NCBI GenBank assembly: GCA_002430735.1
Contig: DJCV01000003.1
Span: 21,142 to 85,141 of the forward strand
Source: Candidatus Woesebacteria bacterium UBA5941
Lineage (GTDB): Bacteria; Patescibacteriota; Microgenomatia; UBA8517
Direction: 5' to 3'
Length of the DNA stretch: 64,000 nt
Part shown: positions 1-10,578 of the stretch, one piece after another
How the letters are laid out: each line of letters begins with the position of its first letter
Numbering within the stretch: the stretch's first letter is position 1
Program-made: the position numbers and the translations under genes
The notes under the pieces: generated by a model
Databases searched by the model: none
The model's input: the letters and a program-made list of their open reading frames with translations, nothing else
What the model was told of the DNA's origin: nothing

Positions 1-1192
1 TTAATCCGGCGGCCATCTCATGGCCTCCAACACTTAATAACAAGGGTTCAAACTGTCTGAGAGCCTCAGTGATATGAAATCCTGGGATTGATCGTGCTGA
101 ACCTTTTGCATGCGCTTCCCCAACTGCAAATACAATAGACGGCCTCCCTGTTTCTTCAACCAACCGTCCAGCTGCAAGCCCAATAACACCTTCATGGAAA
201 TTGCCTTGAATAATGCTAATCTTTTGAGACTCAACTACTTGCGTTCTGGCTAAATCAATTACTTCTGTCGTAACAGATTGTCGTTTTGTATTTAGTTCAG
301 AAAGCATGTGTGCAATCTCCAAAGCCCGGCCTTTTTGATTCGTACAAAGTAATCGAACAACTTCTAGTGCATGGGCAAGTCTTCCTGCGGCATTCATTCG
401 TGGACCCAATACAAATCCGATTTCATATGCGCCTACTTGAGAAAGAACAATCGCTGAAGATTCGGAAAGCATGCGAAGCCCAATACGTTTTGACCTTCGT
501 ACGGCATTAATTCCATGCATGGCTAGTGAACGGTTAATACCCACGAGTTTCATCTGATCCGCAATAGTTGCGATGCCAACAAGATCAAGTGCCTCGTCTA
601 TATATTCCCTATCACTTTTCGGAAGCAGTGCATTTGAGACATACCAGGCAACTGCGGTTCCACACATCTTCGTCGTGTGGATCACGATGTCGGCGTTGTT
701 CTTTCCTGCTTTTTCATGGTGATCAGTTACAACTACATCAATCCCGTGTTCTTTCGCATAGCTAATTGCAGTATTTGCCACAATTCCATTATCAACGGTA
801 ATAATTAATGAAACAGTTTTATGCTTTTCTTTTATTTTGTCGATTCCTTTCGCTGACATTCCATATCCTTCATCAAATCGATCCGGCACAAAAGGGTAAA
901 CAATGAGGCCGAGCCTTGAAAGCGTTTGCCACATAAGTGCGGTTGAACATACCCCGTCGACATCATAATCACCGTAAATAACAACGACTTCTTTCTTCTT
1001 TAGTGCTATCCGTATTCGCTTTTTAAATTGACCGATCGCTTGCTCAGAAATTCCCACTTTCTTCAGAGAAAAAGTGGAAGGATGTGGTGGGTTGAAGAAT
1101 GCTTTTGGGTGTTTGATACCACGACTTTCAAGCAAGCACGTGATCACATTTTCTGGGTTTTTATGTTCAATTTTCCATGCTCTAGGTAACAT
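1..1192 (-). CDS. recJ: Single-stranded DNA exonuclease RecJ (DHH family), 3' part runs off window start
   Basis: Manual translation from ATG 1192 (MLPRAWKIEH...) gives YGDYDVDG, PDRFDEGYG, ITVDNGI, VTDHH, DLVGIATIAD motifs; absent from ORF track because no stop lies in the window. Confidence 0.92.
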   Translation of the reverse strand, partial: MLPRAWKIEHKNPENVITCLLESRGIKHPKAFFNPPHPSTFSLKKVGISEQAIGQFKKRIRIALKKKEVVVIYGDYDVDGVCSTALMWQTLSRLGLIVYPFVPDRFDEGYGMSAKGIDKIKEKHKTVSLIITVDNGIVANTAISYAKEHGIDVVVTDHHEKAGKNNADIVIHTTKMCGTAVAWYVSNALLPKSDREYIDEALDLVGIATIADQMKLVGINRSLAMHGINAVRRSKRIGLRMLSESSAIVLSQVGAYEIGFVLGPRMNAAGRLAHALEVVRLLCTNQKGRALEIAHMLSELNTKRQSVTTEVIDLARTQVVESQKISIIQGNFHEGVIGLAAGRLVEETGRPSIVFAVGEAHAKGSARSIPGFHITEALRQFEPLLLSVGGHEMAAGL

Positions 1193-1216
1193 CGCCTATT
1201 CTACCGTATAATCAAC

Positions 1217-2572
1217 ATGAAGATGCAAAAGCTTCCTGACGAAATAACTCGAATATTTACCGTATTCAAAAAGGCGAACTACGAAATATATCTCGTGGGA
1301 GGTGCTGTACGGGACATTATAATGGGCAGGTCTGTGAATGACTGGGATTTTACGACCAATGCTACTCCTGAGCAAATACAATCTTTGTTCCCTGATAGCT
1401 TTTATAACAACGCGTTTGGAACAGTAGGCATTCCTCCCGAAGATCCGCTCTTTGATCCGCATGAAATAACAACCTTCAGAACCGAACAGGGATATTCTGA
1501 CTTTAGAAGGCCTGATGCCGTTAATTGGGGGAAAACACTTGAGGAAGATTTGTCTCGTCGAGACTTCACCATTAATGCCCTCGCGCTCTCACAAGAAGAC
1601 AATACTGAAACAATTATTGATCCATTCAACGGATCTGATGATATAAAGCGAAAATTAGTTCGCGCAGTTGGAGATCCAACAGAGCGGTTTAGAGAAGATG
1701 CTTTGCGACTTATTCGAGCTGTGCGAATTGCAACACAACTTTCGTTCCAGATTGAAGAAGAGACACTCAACGCGATTAAATCCCATGCGCCACTTATCCA
1801 TAAAATTGCAAAAGAGCGCATTCATGATGAACTGATGAAGATTATGGGAGCTGAGAACCCAGTCCATGGAGTGGAGTTACTTCGCGAGACGGGATTACTT
1901 GAAGAGATATTGCCAGAACTCGAGAAAACATTTGGTGTTGAACAAAAGTCTCCCCAAAGACACCATAAACATGATGTGGGGACACACTTACTCATGTCTC
2001 TTAAAGAATGTAAGTCGACGGATCCTATTGTTCGGTTTGCCACACTCATCCACGATATAGGGAAACCTCAAACATTTAAAAAGCAAGACAACGGAGTCAT
2101 CACTTTCTATAATCACGAGGTTGTTGGCAGCCGTATCGCCAATAACATTACGAAGCGGTTGCGTTTTTCCAAAAGTGATAGTGAGAAAATATTCAAGCTT
2201 GTACGATTTCATCAATTTACAGTCGACGAACACCAAACGGACTCTGCAATTCGACGATTCATTAAAAACATCGGATTAGAAAACGTTTCTGATATGCTCA
2301 CGCTTCGTGTCGCAGATCGTCTCGGCGGAGGAGCTCGTGAAACATCTTGGCGTCTTGAAGAGTTTAAGGAGCGACTTGTTGAAGTGCAAAAAGAACCATT
2401 TGCAATAAAAGATTTAAAAATTAATGGAACTGATGTTATGGAGATCCTTCATCTTGAACCAGGGAAGGAAGTTGGGGAAATCCTTTCGAAGCTCTTTAAC
2501 AAAGTGATAGAGAAAAAAATTGAGAATGACCGAGAAACGCTCCTCCAAGAAGTACACAAATTGAAAGGATGA
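1217..2572 (+). CDS. cca: CCA tRNA nucleotidyltransferase with HD domain
   Basis: VGGAVRD, DWDFTT, RRDFTINA, EDALRLIRAVR, LIHDIGKP motifs. Confidence 0.9.
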   Translation: MKMQKLPDEITRIFTVFKKANYEIYLVGGAVRDIIMGRSVNDWDFTTNATPEQIQSLFPDSFYNNAFGTVGIPPEDPLFDPHEITTFRTEQGYSDFRRPDAVNWGKTLEEDLSRRDFTINALALSQEDNTETIIDPFNGSDDIKRKLVRAVGDPTERFREDALRLIRAVRIATQLSFQIEEETLNAIKSHAPLIHKIAKERIHDELMKIMGAENPVHGVELLRETGLLEEILPELEKTFGVEQKSPQRHHKHDVGTHLLMSLKECKSTDPIVRFATLIHDIGKPQTFKKQDNGVITFYNHEVVGSRIANNITKRLRFSKSDSEKIFKLVRFHQFTVDEHQTDSAIRRFIKNIGLENVSDMLTLRVADRLGGGARETSWRLEEFKERLVEVQKEPFAIKDLKINGTDVMEILHLEPGKEVGEILSKLFNKVIEKKIENDRETLLQEVHKLKG

Positions 2573-3030
2573 AGTACGTAAATATTATTGGACGCAAGAT
2601 TTTTATGCTGTATTGGGCAATTATGAAACCGCTCAATTTAGGAGTCCGGGTGATCGTTATTTATAAAAACGAAGTACTTCTTGTAAAGCACACATATGTT
2701 AAGGGTTATTATTTCCCGGGTGGTGGTGTAAGCAAATCTGAGCTATTCGAAACTGCCGCAAAACGCGAGCTATTTGAAGAAGTAGGAATTACGGCTCACG
2801 ACCTTTCATTGTTTGGTGTTTACCAAAGTGTGAAGGAGAAGAAATATACAACAAATGCCGTATTTATAGTAACACTCCCAAAGAGACCTACACTGGTCAT
2901 ACAAAAATCTGAATTGAGAGATGCTCAATTTTTTTCAACAAAGAATCTTCCAAAAGACATCTCTCCAGGAACGAGACGGAGAATTGCTGAATATCTTGAA
3001 GGGAGAGCTCCTCTCGCAAGCGAATGGTAG
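2569..3030 (+). CDS. NUDIX hydrolase
   Basis: Nudix box GGGVSKSELFETAAKRELFEEVG. Confidence 0.85.
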   Translation: MKYVNIIGRKIFMLYWAIMKPLNLGVRVIVIYKNEVLLVKHTYVKGYYFPGGGVSKSELFETAAKRELFEEVGITAHDLSLFGVYQSVKEKKYTTNAVFIVTLPKRPTLVIQKSELRDAQFFSTKNLPKDISPGTRRRIAEYLEGRAPLASEW

Positions 3031-3936
3031 TTACTTTTGTCTTCTTTTTTGAATTTGTTCCCAGGTAACAAGTACTGGCACAGCAACAAATGGTGACGAA
3101 TATGTTCCAGAAATCGTTCCTATCATAAGTGCAACCGCAAACCATCGAATAGTGTTTCCACCCAATACGACAAGTGCAATAAGCATGATTAAAATTGTAA
3201 ATGAATTAAACAATGATCGTTTCATCGTCTCTGAAAGTGCACGGTTGGCAACTTCAGCAACACTTCCTCCATGCTTTCTTCGAATTTCCCGAATACGATC
3301 ATAGACAACAATGGTGTCATGGACGGAAAAAGACAGTATTGTTAAAAGCGCAGTCACAAAAAGATAATCTACTTCAGCATTAAAGAAGTGTCCGAGCAAC
3401 GAAAACAGACCCAGTACAATAAACGCATCATGAAATGTCGCGATTGTTGCAGAGATACCAAACTTTACACTTTTAAACTGATAGGCGATCCAAGCAAGAA
3501 TAACGAATGTTGAAATAAAAATTGCATAGGCAGTTTTTCTCAAGAGCTCACCACTAATTGCCGGTCCTACTTGTTCAAATCTCAACAGAGCAGATTTCTC
3601 TCCTCCTATTGCTTTCAAAGAATTGTTAATCGTTTCTTTTTGTTCTTCATTCACTTCCCCAAACTTAAGAATATATATTTTAGAATCACCTGTTTTTTGT
3701 ACGCTTGTGGGACGGATGTCTTTTTCTTCTAAGGATTTGGAGATTTGTTCAGTTTCAACTGGACTTTCAAATGAATACTCTACGTTCGTTCCTCCAGTAA
3801 ATTCTACCCCTAAGTTAAAATTCCACTGCACAAAGCTTACGAGCCCAATAAGGAGCACTGATGCGGAAAGTATGAAGTACAGTGGACGGAACTTCATCCA
3901 ATTAAAGTATGGTTTTTGTGAATCTTGATTTGTCAT
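3031..3936 (-). CDS. secF: Protein translocase subunit SecF
   Basis: LGVEFTGG, VGPAI, SVHDTIVVYDRIRE, GTYSS motifs; follows secD. Confidence 0.95.
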   Translation of the reverse strand: MTNQDSQKPYFNWMKFRPLYFILSASVLLIGLVSFVQWNFNLGVEFTGGTNVEYSFESPVETEQISKSLEEKDIRPTSVQKTGDSKIYILKFGEVNEEQKETINNSLKAIGGEKSALLRFEQVGPAISGELLRKTAYAIFISTFVILAWIAYQFKSVKFGISATIATFHDAFIVLGLFSLLGHFFNAEVDYLFVTALLTILSFSVHDTIVVYDRIREIRRKHGGSVAEVANRALSETMKRSLFNSFTILIMLIALVVLGGNTIRWFAVALMIGTISGTYSSPFVAVPVLVTWEQIQKRRQK

Positions 3937-5213
3937 TTTTTTATAAACAAGCGTAACAAGTTACGAGAAACAAAAATTCCAGTAAATAAACTGATCGCAA
4001 TACCAAGCGCTAACGTATACGCAAACCCTCGAACCGGACCGGATGTATTCAAAAATGACCAATCGAGAGGATTCGCTAAGACAAACGCTGCGACGAGTGT
4101 TGCAACGTTCGCGTCACGAATAGAGTTCCACGCTCGGCCGAATGCAACTTCCAATGCGTTTGAAGTTGAAAGACCTTTTTGCTTCTCTTCTTTAAATCGT
4201 TCAAAAATGAGAATGTTTGAATCAACTGCCATACCCACCGATAACAAGAACCCGGTAATTCCAGGAAGTGTCACGACAATAGGAATAATTTTATAAAGGG
4301 CGAGAGAGATAAGTGCAAAGATGATAAGGGCAACATTAGCGATGATTCCAAGTCTGCCGTACGCGATGAGCATGAACAAAAACACACAGATAATACCAAC
4401 GACGCCAGCTTTGACACTTTGATCAACCGCTGCCGTTCCAAGTGTCGCACCAATGGTACGCTCTTCAACAAGTTTCACTGGAATTGGCAGTGCTCCTGCA
4501 TTTAATTGCACAGATAATTCGCGTGCTTGCTCTAGTGTGAAACCTCCGCTTATTTGTGCACTTCCTTGTGTTATTTTTTCATTCACGACAGGTGCTGAAA
4601 TGACTTGGTTGTCTAATATAATGGGTATTACTTTACCTATGTTTTTCTCAGTAAGTTCAGAGAATTTCTTTGATCCGTCAGCCGTAAACTCTATCGAAAC
4701 AACAGGTTTCCCACTTACCTGATCATAAGTAACTTGTGCTGATTTTAAATCAGCTCCAGTTAAGTTTGTCGGGACTAAAGTCTCCTCATTTACCTCTGCA
4801 AAAGATAATTGTGCAGTTTGCCCAACTACTGAAATTGCCTTTTTGGTATCTGATACGCCAGGGAGCTCTACCATAATGCGATCCTTTCCTTCAAAGCGAG
4901 AGAGCAATACATTCGCCTCTGACACACCAAACAGGTTTACCCGTCGCTCGATTACATTCTTTAAAGAAGCGAGTGCTTCTTCTCTCTTTACTGAATCCAT
5001 CTGTGCGGTATCTGCTTCAAAGGTAAGACGACTTCCTCCAACAAGATCGAGGCCTAATAGAAGTTCTCGGTCGAATCGGGATTTATACAGGGTTTCGTTT
5101 ACAACAATCGGAGGGACATTTATTGAAATAGGAATTGCAGAGGGAAGACTAATATATAACGCTGCAATCGCAATAATAAAAATAAGAAGCACCTTTCTGC
5201 GAGTGTATTTCAT
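3933..5213 (-). CDS. secD: Protein translocase subunit SecD
   Basis: LGLDLVGG, RRVNLFGVSE, GALPIP, GMAVDSNILIFERFKEE. Confidence 0.95.
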   Translation of the reverse strand: MKYTRRKVLLIFIIAIAALYISLPSAIPISINVPPIVVNETLYKSRFDRELLLGLDLVGGSRLTFEADTAQMDSVKREEALASLKNVIERRVNLFGVSEANVLLSRFEGKDRIMVELPGVSDTKKAISVVGQTAQLSFAEVNEETLVPTNLTGADLKSAQVTYDQVSGKPVVSIEFTADGSKKFSELTEKNIGKVIPIILDNQVISAPVVNEKITQGSAQISGGFTLEQARELSVQLNAGALPIPVKLVEERTIGATLGTAAVDQSVKAGVVGIICVFLFMLIAYGRLGIIANVALIIFALISLALYKIIPIVVTLPGITGFLLSVGMAVDSNILIFERFKEEKQKGLSTSNALEVAFGRAWNSIRDANVATLVAAFVLANPLDWSFLNTSGPVRGFAYTLALGIAISLFTGIFVSRNLLRLFIKK

Positions 5214-5215
5214 AA

Positions 5216-5800
5216 TTATCCAACAAGCGTTTCCTCATCTCCAACAACCATGACTCTGCTCCCTGCGAGGATTGCAAGAAGAAACGGATCTCGTCGCTTT
5301 TTTCTAAAATCAAATTCTTCACGGCTCATAACGGTATAATTTATTTCCCTGCCTCTCTTACTCTCTTCCATTCGGATTAGTGTTGCAAGTTCGGGTAGCA
5401 CGACATCGCCAACCACTAAAATATCGACATCATCATCTTTGCGTCGATCTTTGTATCGGGCGAATTTGCCACTAAACATGATGTGATTTAATCTCCCGAT
5501 CTTAGCTCTGTTTGAGATGATAGCTGCACCGAGTCCAGTTGCTTTTGCAACCAAAGAAATTAAATCTCCGTACATGGGGTAATCATTTCTGACCCAATAA
5601 TAGACGCGGTTACCGCGTTGTTCTTTTTTGAGGATTCCAGCTTCTTCAAGGCGAGTAAGCTCACGTCTGACTGCGTTAATTTCTTCTTTTACTTCGCGCA
5701 CGACACCACGTACGTGATACATTTCGTTGGGATTCCCAAAGAAAAGCTCAAGAAGCTTAATACGAACTTTAGATGTAACAATGTCTCCTAGGTCTGCCAT
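5216..5800 (-). CDS. Winged-HTH protein with C-terminal nucleotidyltransferase-like domain
   Basis: N-terminal wHTH (AVRRELTRLEEAGIL, GNRVYY) plus FSGKF...DVDILVVG segment. Confidence 0.7.
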   Translation of the reverse strand: MADLGDIVTSKVRIKLLELFFGNPNEMYHVRGVVREVKEEINAVRRELTRLEEAGILKKEQRGNRVYYWVRNDYPMYGDLISLVAKATGLGAAIISNRAKIGRLNHIMFSGKFARYKDRRKDDDVDILVVGDVVLPELATLIRMEESKRGREINYTVMSREEFDFRKKRRDPFLLAILAGSRVMVVGDEETLVG

Positions 5801-5826
5801 AAAATTTTCTACAAGGGCAGGCAGAT

Positions 5827-7044
5827 TTACTTAACACTTATTGTATTATCTGATGGAATTGCTTCTATCCAGATAACACCTCGAACGAATTGTATCTCTT
5901 TACCAGATTTATCGTAGTAAATCGTCCTGTCGTTCAAAGTAGCACGTTTCCAAGTACCTTCAAGCATCTGGCCGTTCATGAAATACTGAGCCTTGCCAGT
6001 TCCAAGGTTCTCATAATACATATGATACTCCTTATCGACTGGACCTTTTTCAACGACGTATTGGAATACTATGTTTTTCGCTGAAAGCTGTGATTTCGTC
6101 TCCATATCCATATGAGGCTCACTTCCATGTGATCGCAAATATTGGTTTTGCGTAGGGTCATACTTCCATACGACGTTATAGTCTGGTTTATTCTTCCAAA
6201 ATTCAAATGAGATTTCAGTGGCTTGCGGTGTTGCGGGTGCTTCATCAACAAACTTCCATGGCACATACGTTTTATTCCAAGCAACTCCTTCACTGTTCTT
6301 CGCACCAAATCCACGCTTAATTCCTTCCTCATACAATTTATCAGTTGAACCCATAAAGGTATGTTCCATAGCAGCTCCAGGAATTCGTTCTGGGTCTCGC
6401 CACATAATTGGATACCCTACGCTTGTTCCACCATCCATATCATTACCACCGGCGTACCGCCATTTAAAATCTGTAAGCAACTGAAATGCATCAACTTCCT
6501 TTGCCACCTGACCGACTGCCTTTCGACCATTAGGAGCCTTATTGTCAATGTTATTAGCCCCACCGACGTGTACAAAGATTGGAGTCAGCCCGTATTCATA
6601 TGCCCATTTCGCAAAATACACGCGAACGCTGCGCACTGGTCCAATACGAACATCTCCAGAGGCTGTTCCACAATAAAATATTCCAAGAAACCGAGTGATT
6701 CCGCCTTCTGCAACAGCTTCATAGACAACATCTGCTTTAGATAATCCTGATTGTGGACGTGAATCTGTGTGGTTTTCAATGATTGCAGCAATCGGACGTC
6801 GATTCTCCCAAATACCTCGTTCAACGGTTGAGTATTTGGCCCCGTTAATTGGGCACTCCTCAGTTTTTGGTAAACCTTGGTCAATTTTTGATCGAGCTGA
6901 CCCAAGCTCTGAAGAAGAAACAACCGCTACTTGGTTAGAAGAAGGGGATGTCTTTTTAAATACCAAATACGACAAAGCGGAGACAATTAAGTACACACCA
7001 ATTAATGATAAATAGAGAGTTGTTTTAGATTTTTTTTCCGTCAT
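5827..7044 (-). CDS. DUF3048-family membrane-anchored extracellular protein
   Basis: N-terminal TM; RPIAAIIENH, RPQSGLSKADVVYEAVAEGGITRF, GPVRSVR. Confidence 0.8.
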   Translation of the reverse strand: MTEKKSKTTLYLSLIGVYLIVSALSYLVFKKTSPSSNQVAVVSSSELGSARSKIDQGLPKTEECPINGAKYSTVERGIWENRRPIAAIIENHTDSRPQSGLSKADVVYEAVAEGGITRFLGIFYCGTASGDVRIGPVRSVRVYFAKWAYEYGLTPIFVHVGGANNIDNKAPNGRKAVGQVAKEVDAFQLLTDFKWRYAGGNDMDGGTSVGYPIMWRDPERIPGAAMEHTFMGSTDKLYEEGIKRGFGAKNSEGVAWNKTYVPWKFVDEAPATPQATEISFEFWKNKPDYNVVWKYDPTQNQYLRSHGSEPHMDMETKSQLSAKNIVFQYVVEKGPVDKEYHMYYENLGTGKAQYFMNGQMLEGTWKRATLNDRTIYYDKSGKEIQFVRGVIWIEAIPSDNTISVK

Positions 7045-7490
7045 ACCTTCATAGCTAATTGTATCGCTTTCTTCTCTTCTGTGGATAGTTCAATTTCGCT
7101 TCGTCCTCGCACAATCGTTTTTGTATATGTATGGGAGCGATCATTTGTATGGATATTTGTTAAAACTACTCCAGATCCAACTCCATCTAATAATGCTATT
7201 ACAAAGCTTTGTTCAAAGTCATCTTTACCAAACGGATTGAAGCGAACAAGCGATACTTTTTGTATATGTCTCGTTTTCTCCTGATCTATTCGAGCAATTT
7301 GTTTATAGATGTCCTCAAATTCTTTCTTTGTGCCAGTTTGTGCTTTTACGAGTGCACGCAAAACCTCGCTAAGCGAACCGCTCTTTACCCGTGCTAACGC
7401 ATCAAACGACTGTTGCGTTTTACGCAACTGAATCGTCAGATAAATACACCAGGCACTTAGAATTACTGTAATGAACAAAAACACTTCCAC
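7041..7490 (-). CDS. DUF4446-family protein
   Basis: N-terminal TM; VRFNPF...QSFVIALLD...LSTEEKKAI. Confidence 0.75.
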   Translation of the reverse strand: MEVFLFITVILSAWCIYLTIQLRKTQQSFDALARVKSGSLSEVLRALVKAQTGTKKEFEDIYKQIARIDQEKTRHIQKVSLVRFNPFGKDDFEQSFVIALLDGVGSGVVLTNIHTNDRSHTYTKTIVRGRSEIELSTEEKKAIQLAMKV

Positions 7491-7561
7491 GTTGAGTAAA
7501 ATTTCAGCTCAAATAGTCTAGACTATTTAGCTTTTGGCTGTCAATGGTAAAATGCCAAGAC

Positions 7562-8170
7562 ATGAACCAATATAAGCGGGCTTTGGATATTTTTGAAGCA
7601 CGATATGTGCTCGTTCCCCTTGAGATTTTTGCAAATGATCCTTATAAGAGTTTAGTTGCAACCATGATGTCAGCTCGTACAAATGATGACACTACGGTTG
7701 TTGCAGCTGAGCGTCTTTTTAAAAAGGCTCCAACGATCACCTCACTTGCAAACCTAAGCGAAGATGAGATTGCACAACTGGTTTATCCTGTGGGGTTCTA
7801 TAAAACGAAGGCTAAACACCTAAAACTTCTCGCGCAAAAGATTATTGCTGATTTCAAAGGCAACGTTCCCAAAACACGAGAAGAACTTATGTCGCTTCCT
7901 GGCGTCGGACGAAAGACTGCAAACCTAGTACTCAATCGTGCGTTCGGGATCCCTGCTATTGCGGTGGATATTCATGTGCATCGCATCACAAACTTGATGG
8001 GATGGGTACACACAAAAACGCCAGAGAAGACAGAAATGGCGCTTATAGCATCGGTACCAAAGGAATATTGGAGCGATATAAATAGGCTCATTGTCAGTAT
8101 TGGAAGGCAGTTTAGATCACACCAAAAGCTTGAAGAGTTTCTACGATCTCATGATTTGTTGAAGCATTAA
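7562..8170 (+). CDS. nth: Endonuclease III (HhH-GPD glycosylase), no Fe-S motif
   Basis: GFYKTKAK, LPGVGRKTANLVL, AVDIHVHRI; start moved to ATG 7562 after TAAAAT. Confidence 0.85.
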   Translation: MNQYKRALDIFEARYVLVPLEIFANDPYKSLVATMMSARTNDDTTVVAAERLFKKAPTITSLANLSEDEIAQLVYPVGFYKTKAKHLKLLAQKIIADFKGNVPKTREELMSLPGVGRKTANLVLNRAFGIPAIAVDIHVHRITNLMGWVHTKTPEKTEMALIASVPKEYWSDINRLIVSIGRQFRSHQKLEEFLRSHDLLKH

Positions 8171-8778
8171 TATGCTGCAATTGCGACTGCAAATGTATTT
8201 TGTGCATAAACGCACCCCCACACATATTCCCCCCCAGTTAACAATTTTTTGTGACCTAATGTGTTTTCCCACAATGAAACTGACTCTTCCGGGGTGCTAG
8301 CACCTGATACAAGAAATTCAGATAAGTTGTATTTCTCAAAAATCCATTCTAAATCTGGCCGCTCATCTGGTAGCTTGCTAAACCCTTCATGTCCATCAAG
8401 CTTTCCAAGTTGCAATAACTGATTTAAACGAATAGATGCAATGGTACACAATTCATCTCGTTGAGAGAGGGCGCTCACACCAAGCTGGACACGCCGCTTA
8501 TTCACAGATTCCCAGAGCTGAGGACCATTCCATTCAATAGCTTGAGGCTTAGCGGTAGCGACAGCAGTTTTTGGAGTTGGAGAAGGTCCAGGTGTTGATT
8601 TTTTGTATGACACTGCACCATTTCGCACCAAGGCCATGAGGTTATCAATTTCTCCTTGCGACATGTCAGAACCTTGACTATATCCGCGAATAAACCCGAT
8701 GTCATACGTCCTTTTTAAAAGAACAGTAAACGCAATAATTCCAAGGCTTAAGAAAATAATGTATAAAAATATCCTCAT
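8167..8778 (-). CDS. Membrane-anchored CAP/SCP-domain protein
   Basis: N-terminal TM, P/T linker, VNKRR...GHEGF...WENTLGHKKLL CAP-like motifs. Confidence 0.65.
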   Translation of the reverse strand: MRIFLYIIFLSLGIIAFTVLLKRTYDIGFIRGYSQGSDMSQGEIDNLMALVRNGAVSYKKSTPGPSPTPKTAVATAKPQAIEWNGPQLWESVNKRRVQLGVSALSQRDELCTIASIRLNQLLQLGKLDGHEGFSKLPDERPDLEWIFEKYNLSEFLVSGASTPEESVSLWENTLGHKKLLTGGEYVWGCVYAQNTFAVAIAAY

Positions 8779-9215
8779 AAATCAAGAGTAATCGTTACTG
8801 GGCCATCAAGACTCGTCGTTATTGCCATATAGTTTCCAAAACTTCCTGTTTCAACTACTAAGTCTTTTCGTAATTCGGCAATTAGTAATTCATACAATTC
8901 TCGTGCACGTTTCGGTTCTTCTGCTTCTAAAAATGATGGGCGATTTCCATCTTTTGTATTTGCCAACAATGTGAATTGAGACACGACGAGTAGCGGTAAT
9001 GAGAGGTCTTTTGAAGAGAATGCCATTTTTCCAGAATCATCATCATGTAATCTGATCTTCTTTAATTTGTCTGCAAGCGTGCGAACTTTCTGCTCAGTAT
9101 CACCCTTTGCAATTCCCACTAAAATAAACAGCCCTCTTTCAATTGAACCTACCACTGCATCCGATTCAACCGCTCGCACACTTGCTGATTTCACGCGTTG
9201 GATAACTACCTTCAT
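8775..9215 (-). CDS. dtd: D-aminoacyl-tRNA deacylase
   Basis: MKVVIQRV start at 9215, SQFTL, GNRPSF, DGPVT. Confidence 0.92.
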   Translation of the reverse strand: MKVVIQRVKSASVRAVESDAVVGSIERGLFILVGIAKGDTEQKVRTLADKLKKIRLHDDDSGKMAFSSKDLSLPLLVVSQFTLLANTKDGNRPSFLEAEEPKRARELYELLIAELRKDLVVETGSFGNYMAITTSLDGPVTITLDL

Positions 9216-9271
9216 GTAAGCGTATTGTACCAAACACAGAAAAACCCCACCGGTGAGGTGAGGTCTCTCAT

Positions 9272-9566
9272 GTGGGAGGTGTGTAAGCCAGGTTCTGTTT
9301 TTCGTGTGTAAACACACAATCGGTAATCATCTATCTAAGCCCTGAGCTTCTGAGCGATTCGGGAAAGAGACCGTACTTTAACGCTCAAATCGCAGGTTGC
9401 AGCGGGGGGGATTGCCCTTTTCACCCTCTATCTTGAGTTAACAAGCGAGTTGTAGTCTCTGTTGCTCTAACCAGCGGTTACCCGTCTTAGGACTGAACCT
9501 AAGCACCCTCTCTTTCAGCTGCCTGGACTTTCCTCCACGTAAACGTGGTGATTACCCATCCTCCAC
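9272..9566 (-). ncRNA. rnpB: RNase P RNA (compact, ~295 nt)
   Basis: Minus strand has GAGGAAAGTCC near the 5' end and AACAGAACCTGGCTTA near the 3' end (P4 partners); TGG-TATACT -10 just upstream; ends approximate. Confidence 0.9.
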
Positions 9567-9597
9567 TGGTAGTATACCACAAGACGGTGACTATAGG

Positions 9598-10578
9598 CTA
9601 ATCCTTGTGGGTCGGATACAATTCTTGAAGAAAAACCATTGCTGTTAATACTATTGGGATGGAAAGCACTGCGCCGACAACTCCTGCGATTTTAAATCCA
9701 ATGATCAATGCAAGAAGCGAGATAATTGGGTTAACACCTGCTGACTTTTGCATGATTTTAGGAACTAATACATATGATTCCACTTGCTGTACTAAAAAGG
9801 CTAATGCAATCACCGCCATTCCAGTGACCGGTGAAACGCTAAAACCAACGATTGTTGCGGGAAGCGCCGCTATAATAGGCCCCAAATTCGGAACTGCTTC
9901 TAAAATTCCTGCGAGAATGGAAAGTGGTAATGCATATGGAATACCCAATACGGTGAACCCAACAAAGTTAGCCAATCCAACGATAAACATTAACAAAAAC
10001 TGTCCTCTCGCCCATCCACCTAGTCGCACTTCAAGCTTTGCCATTATTCGATCAAGCATCTCAATATGATGCTGTGCGACATATGGATCAATTTGTTTAG
10101 TCAAATCTTTTCTCGCAAGGGAAAAGTACAGCCCAAATAAAAACACGGAAACAATTGCAAGAATATTTGAAAATACAGCGACGGTAATTGAAAGTATTTG
10201 GGTTGGAAGTTTACCTAATTGAGAGGTGAGTTCTTTTGTTGTTTCATCAATCACAAAAGCCGGCACATGAAGGTCCGCTAAATACTTCGGAATTGCATTC
10301 GCAAAACTCGCTGTTTGCTCAACAAGTAATGGCACCATACCTGCGAGGGTGAATACAATCAGTGCAATTACACACGCATACACGATTAACACAGATGCAG
10401 CTCTTGGAATATGGGATTTCTCAAGTTTGGTAACAGTCGGATTCAAAACAAGCATGATCAGAAGCGCTACGAAGAGCTGCAAGACAATGTCGCTAATTGT
10501 GTATAAAAACCACAGCCCAATAAGGAATAAGACAGTAAAAATAATCGTTTTGTGAGAAATTTCAATTTTTCTGCTCAT
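9598..10578 (-). CDS. AI-2E family transporter
   Basis: Multi-TM; GWARGQ, EAVPNLGP, QQVESYVLVPKIM. Confidence 0.85.
   Translation of the reverse strand: MSRKIEISHKTIIFTVLFLIGLWFLYTISDIVLQLFVALLIMLVLNPTVTKLEKSHIPRAASVLIVYACVIALIVFTLAGMVPLLVEQTASFANAIPKYLADLHVPAFVIDETTKELTSQLGKLPTQILSITVAVFSNILAIVSVFLFGLYFSLARKDLTKQIDPYVAQHHIEMLDRIMAKLEVRLGGWARGQFLLMFIVGLANFVGFTVLGIPYALPLSILAGILEAVPNLGPIIAALPATIVGFSVSPVTGMAVIALAFLVQQVESYVLVPKIMQKSAGVNPIISLLALIIGFKIAGVVGAVLSIPIVLTAMVFLQELYPTHKD

Noticed and set aside
34-765. Short ORFs in the track at 34-234, 286-510 and 568-765
   Set aside because: They overlap recJ, which occupies 1-1192 on the minus strand.
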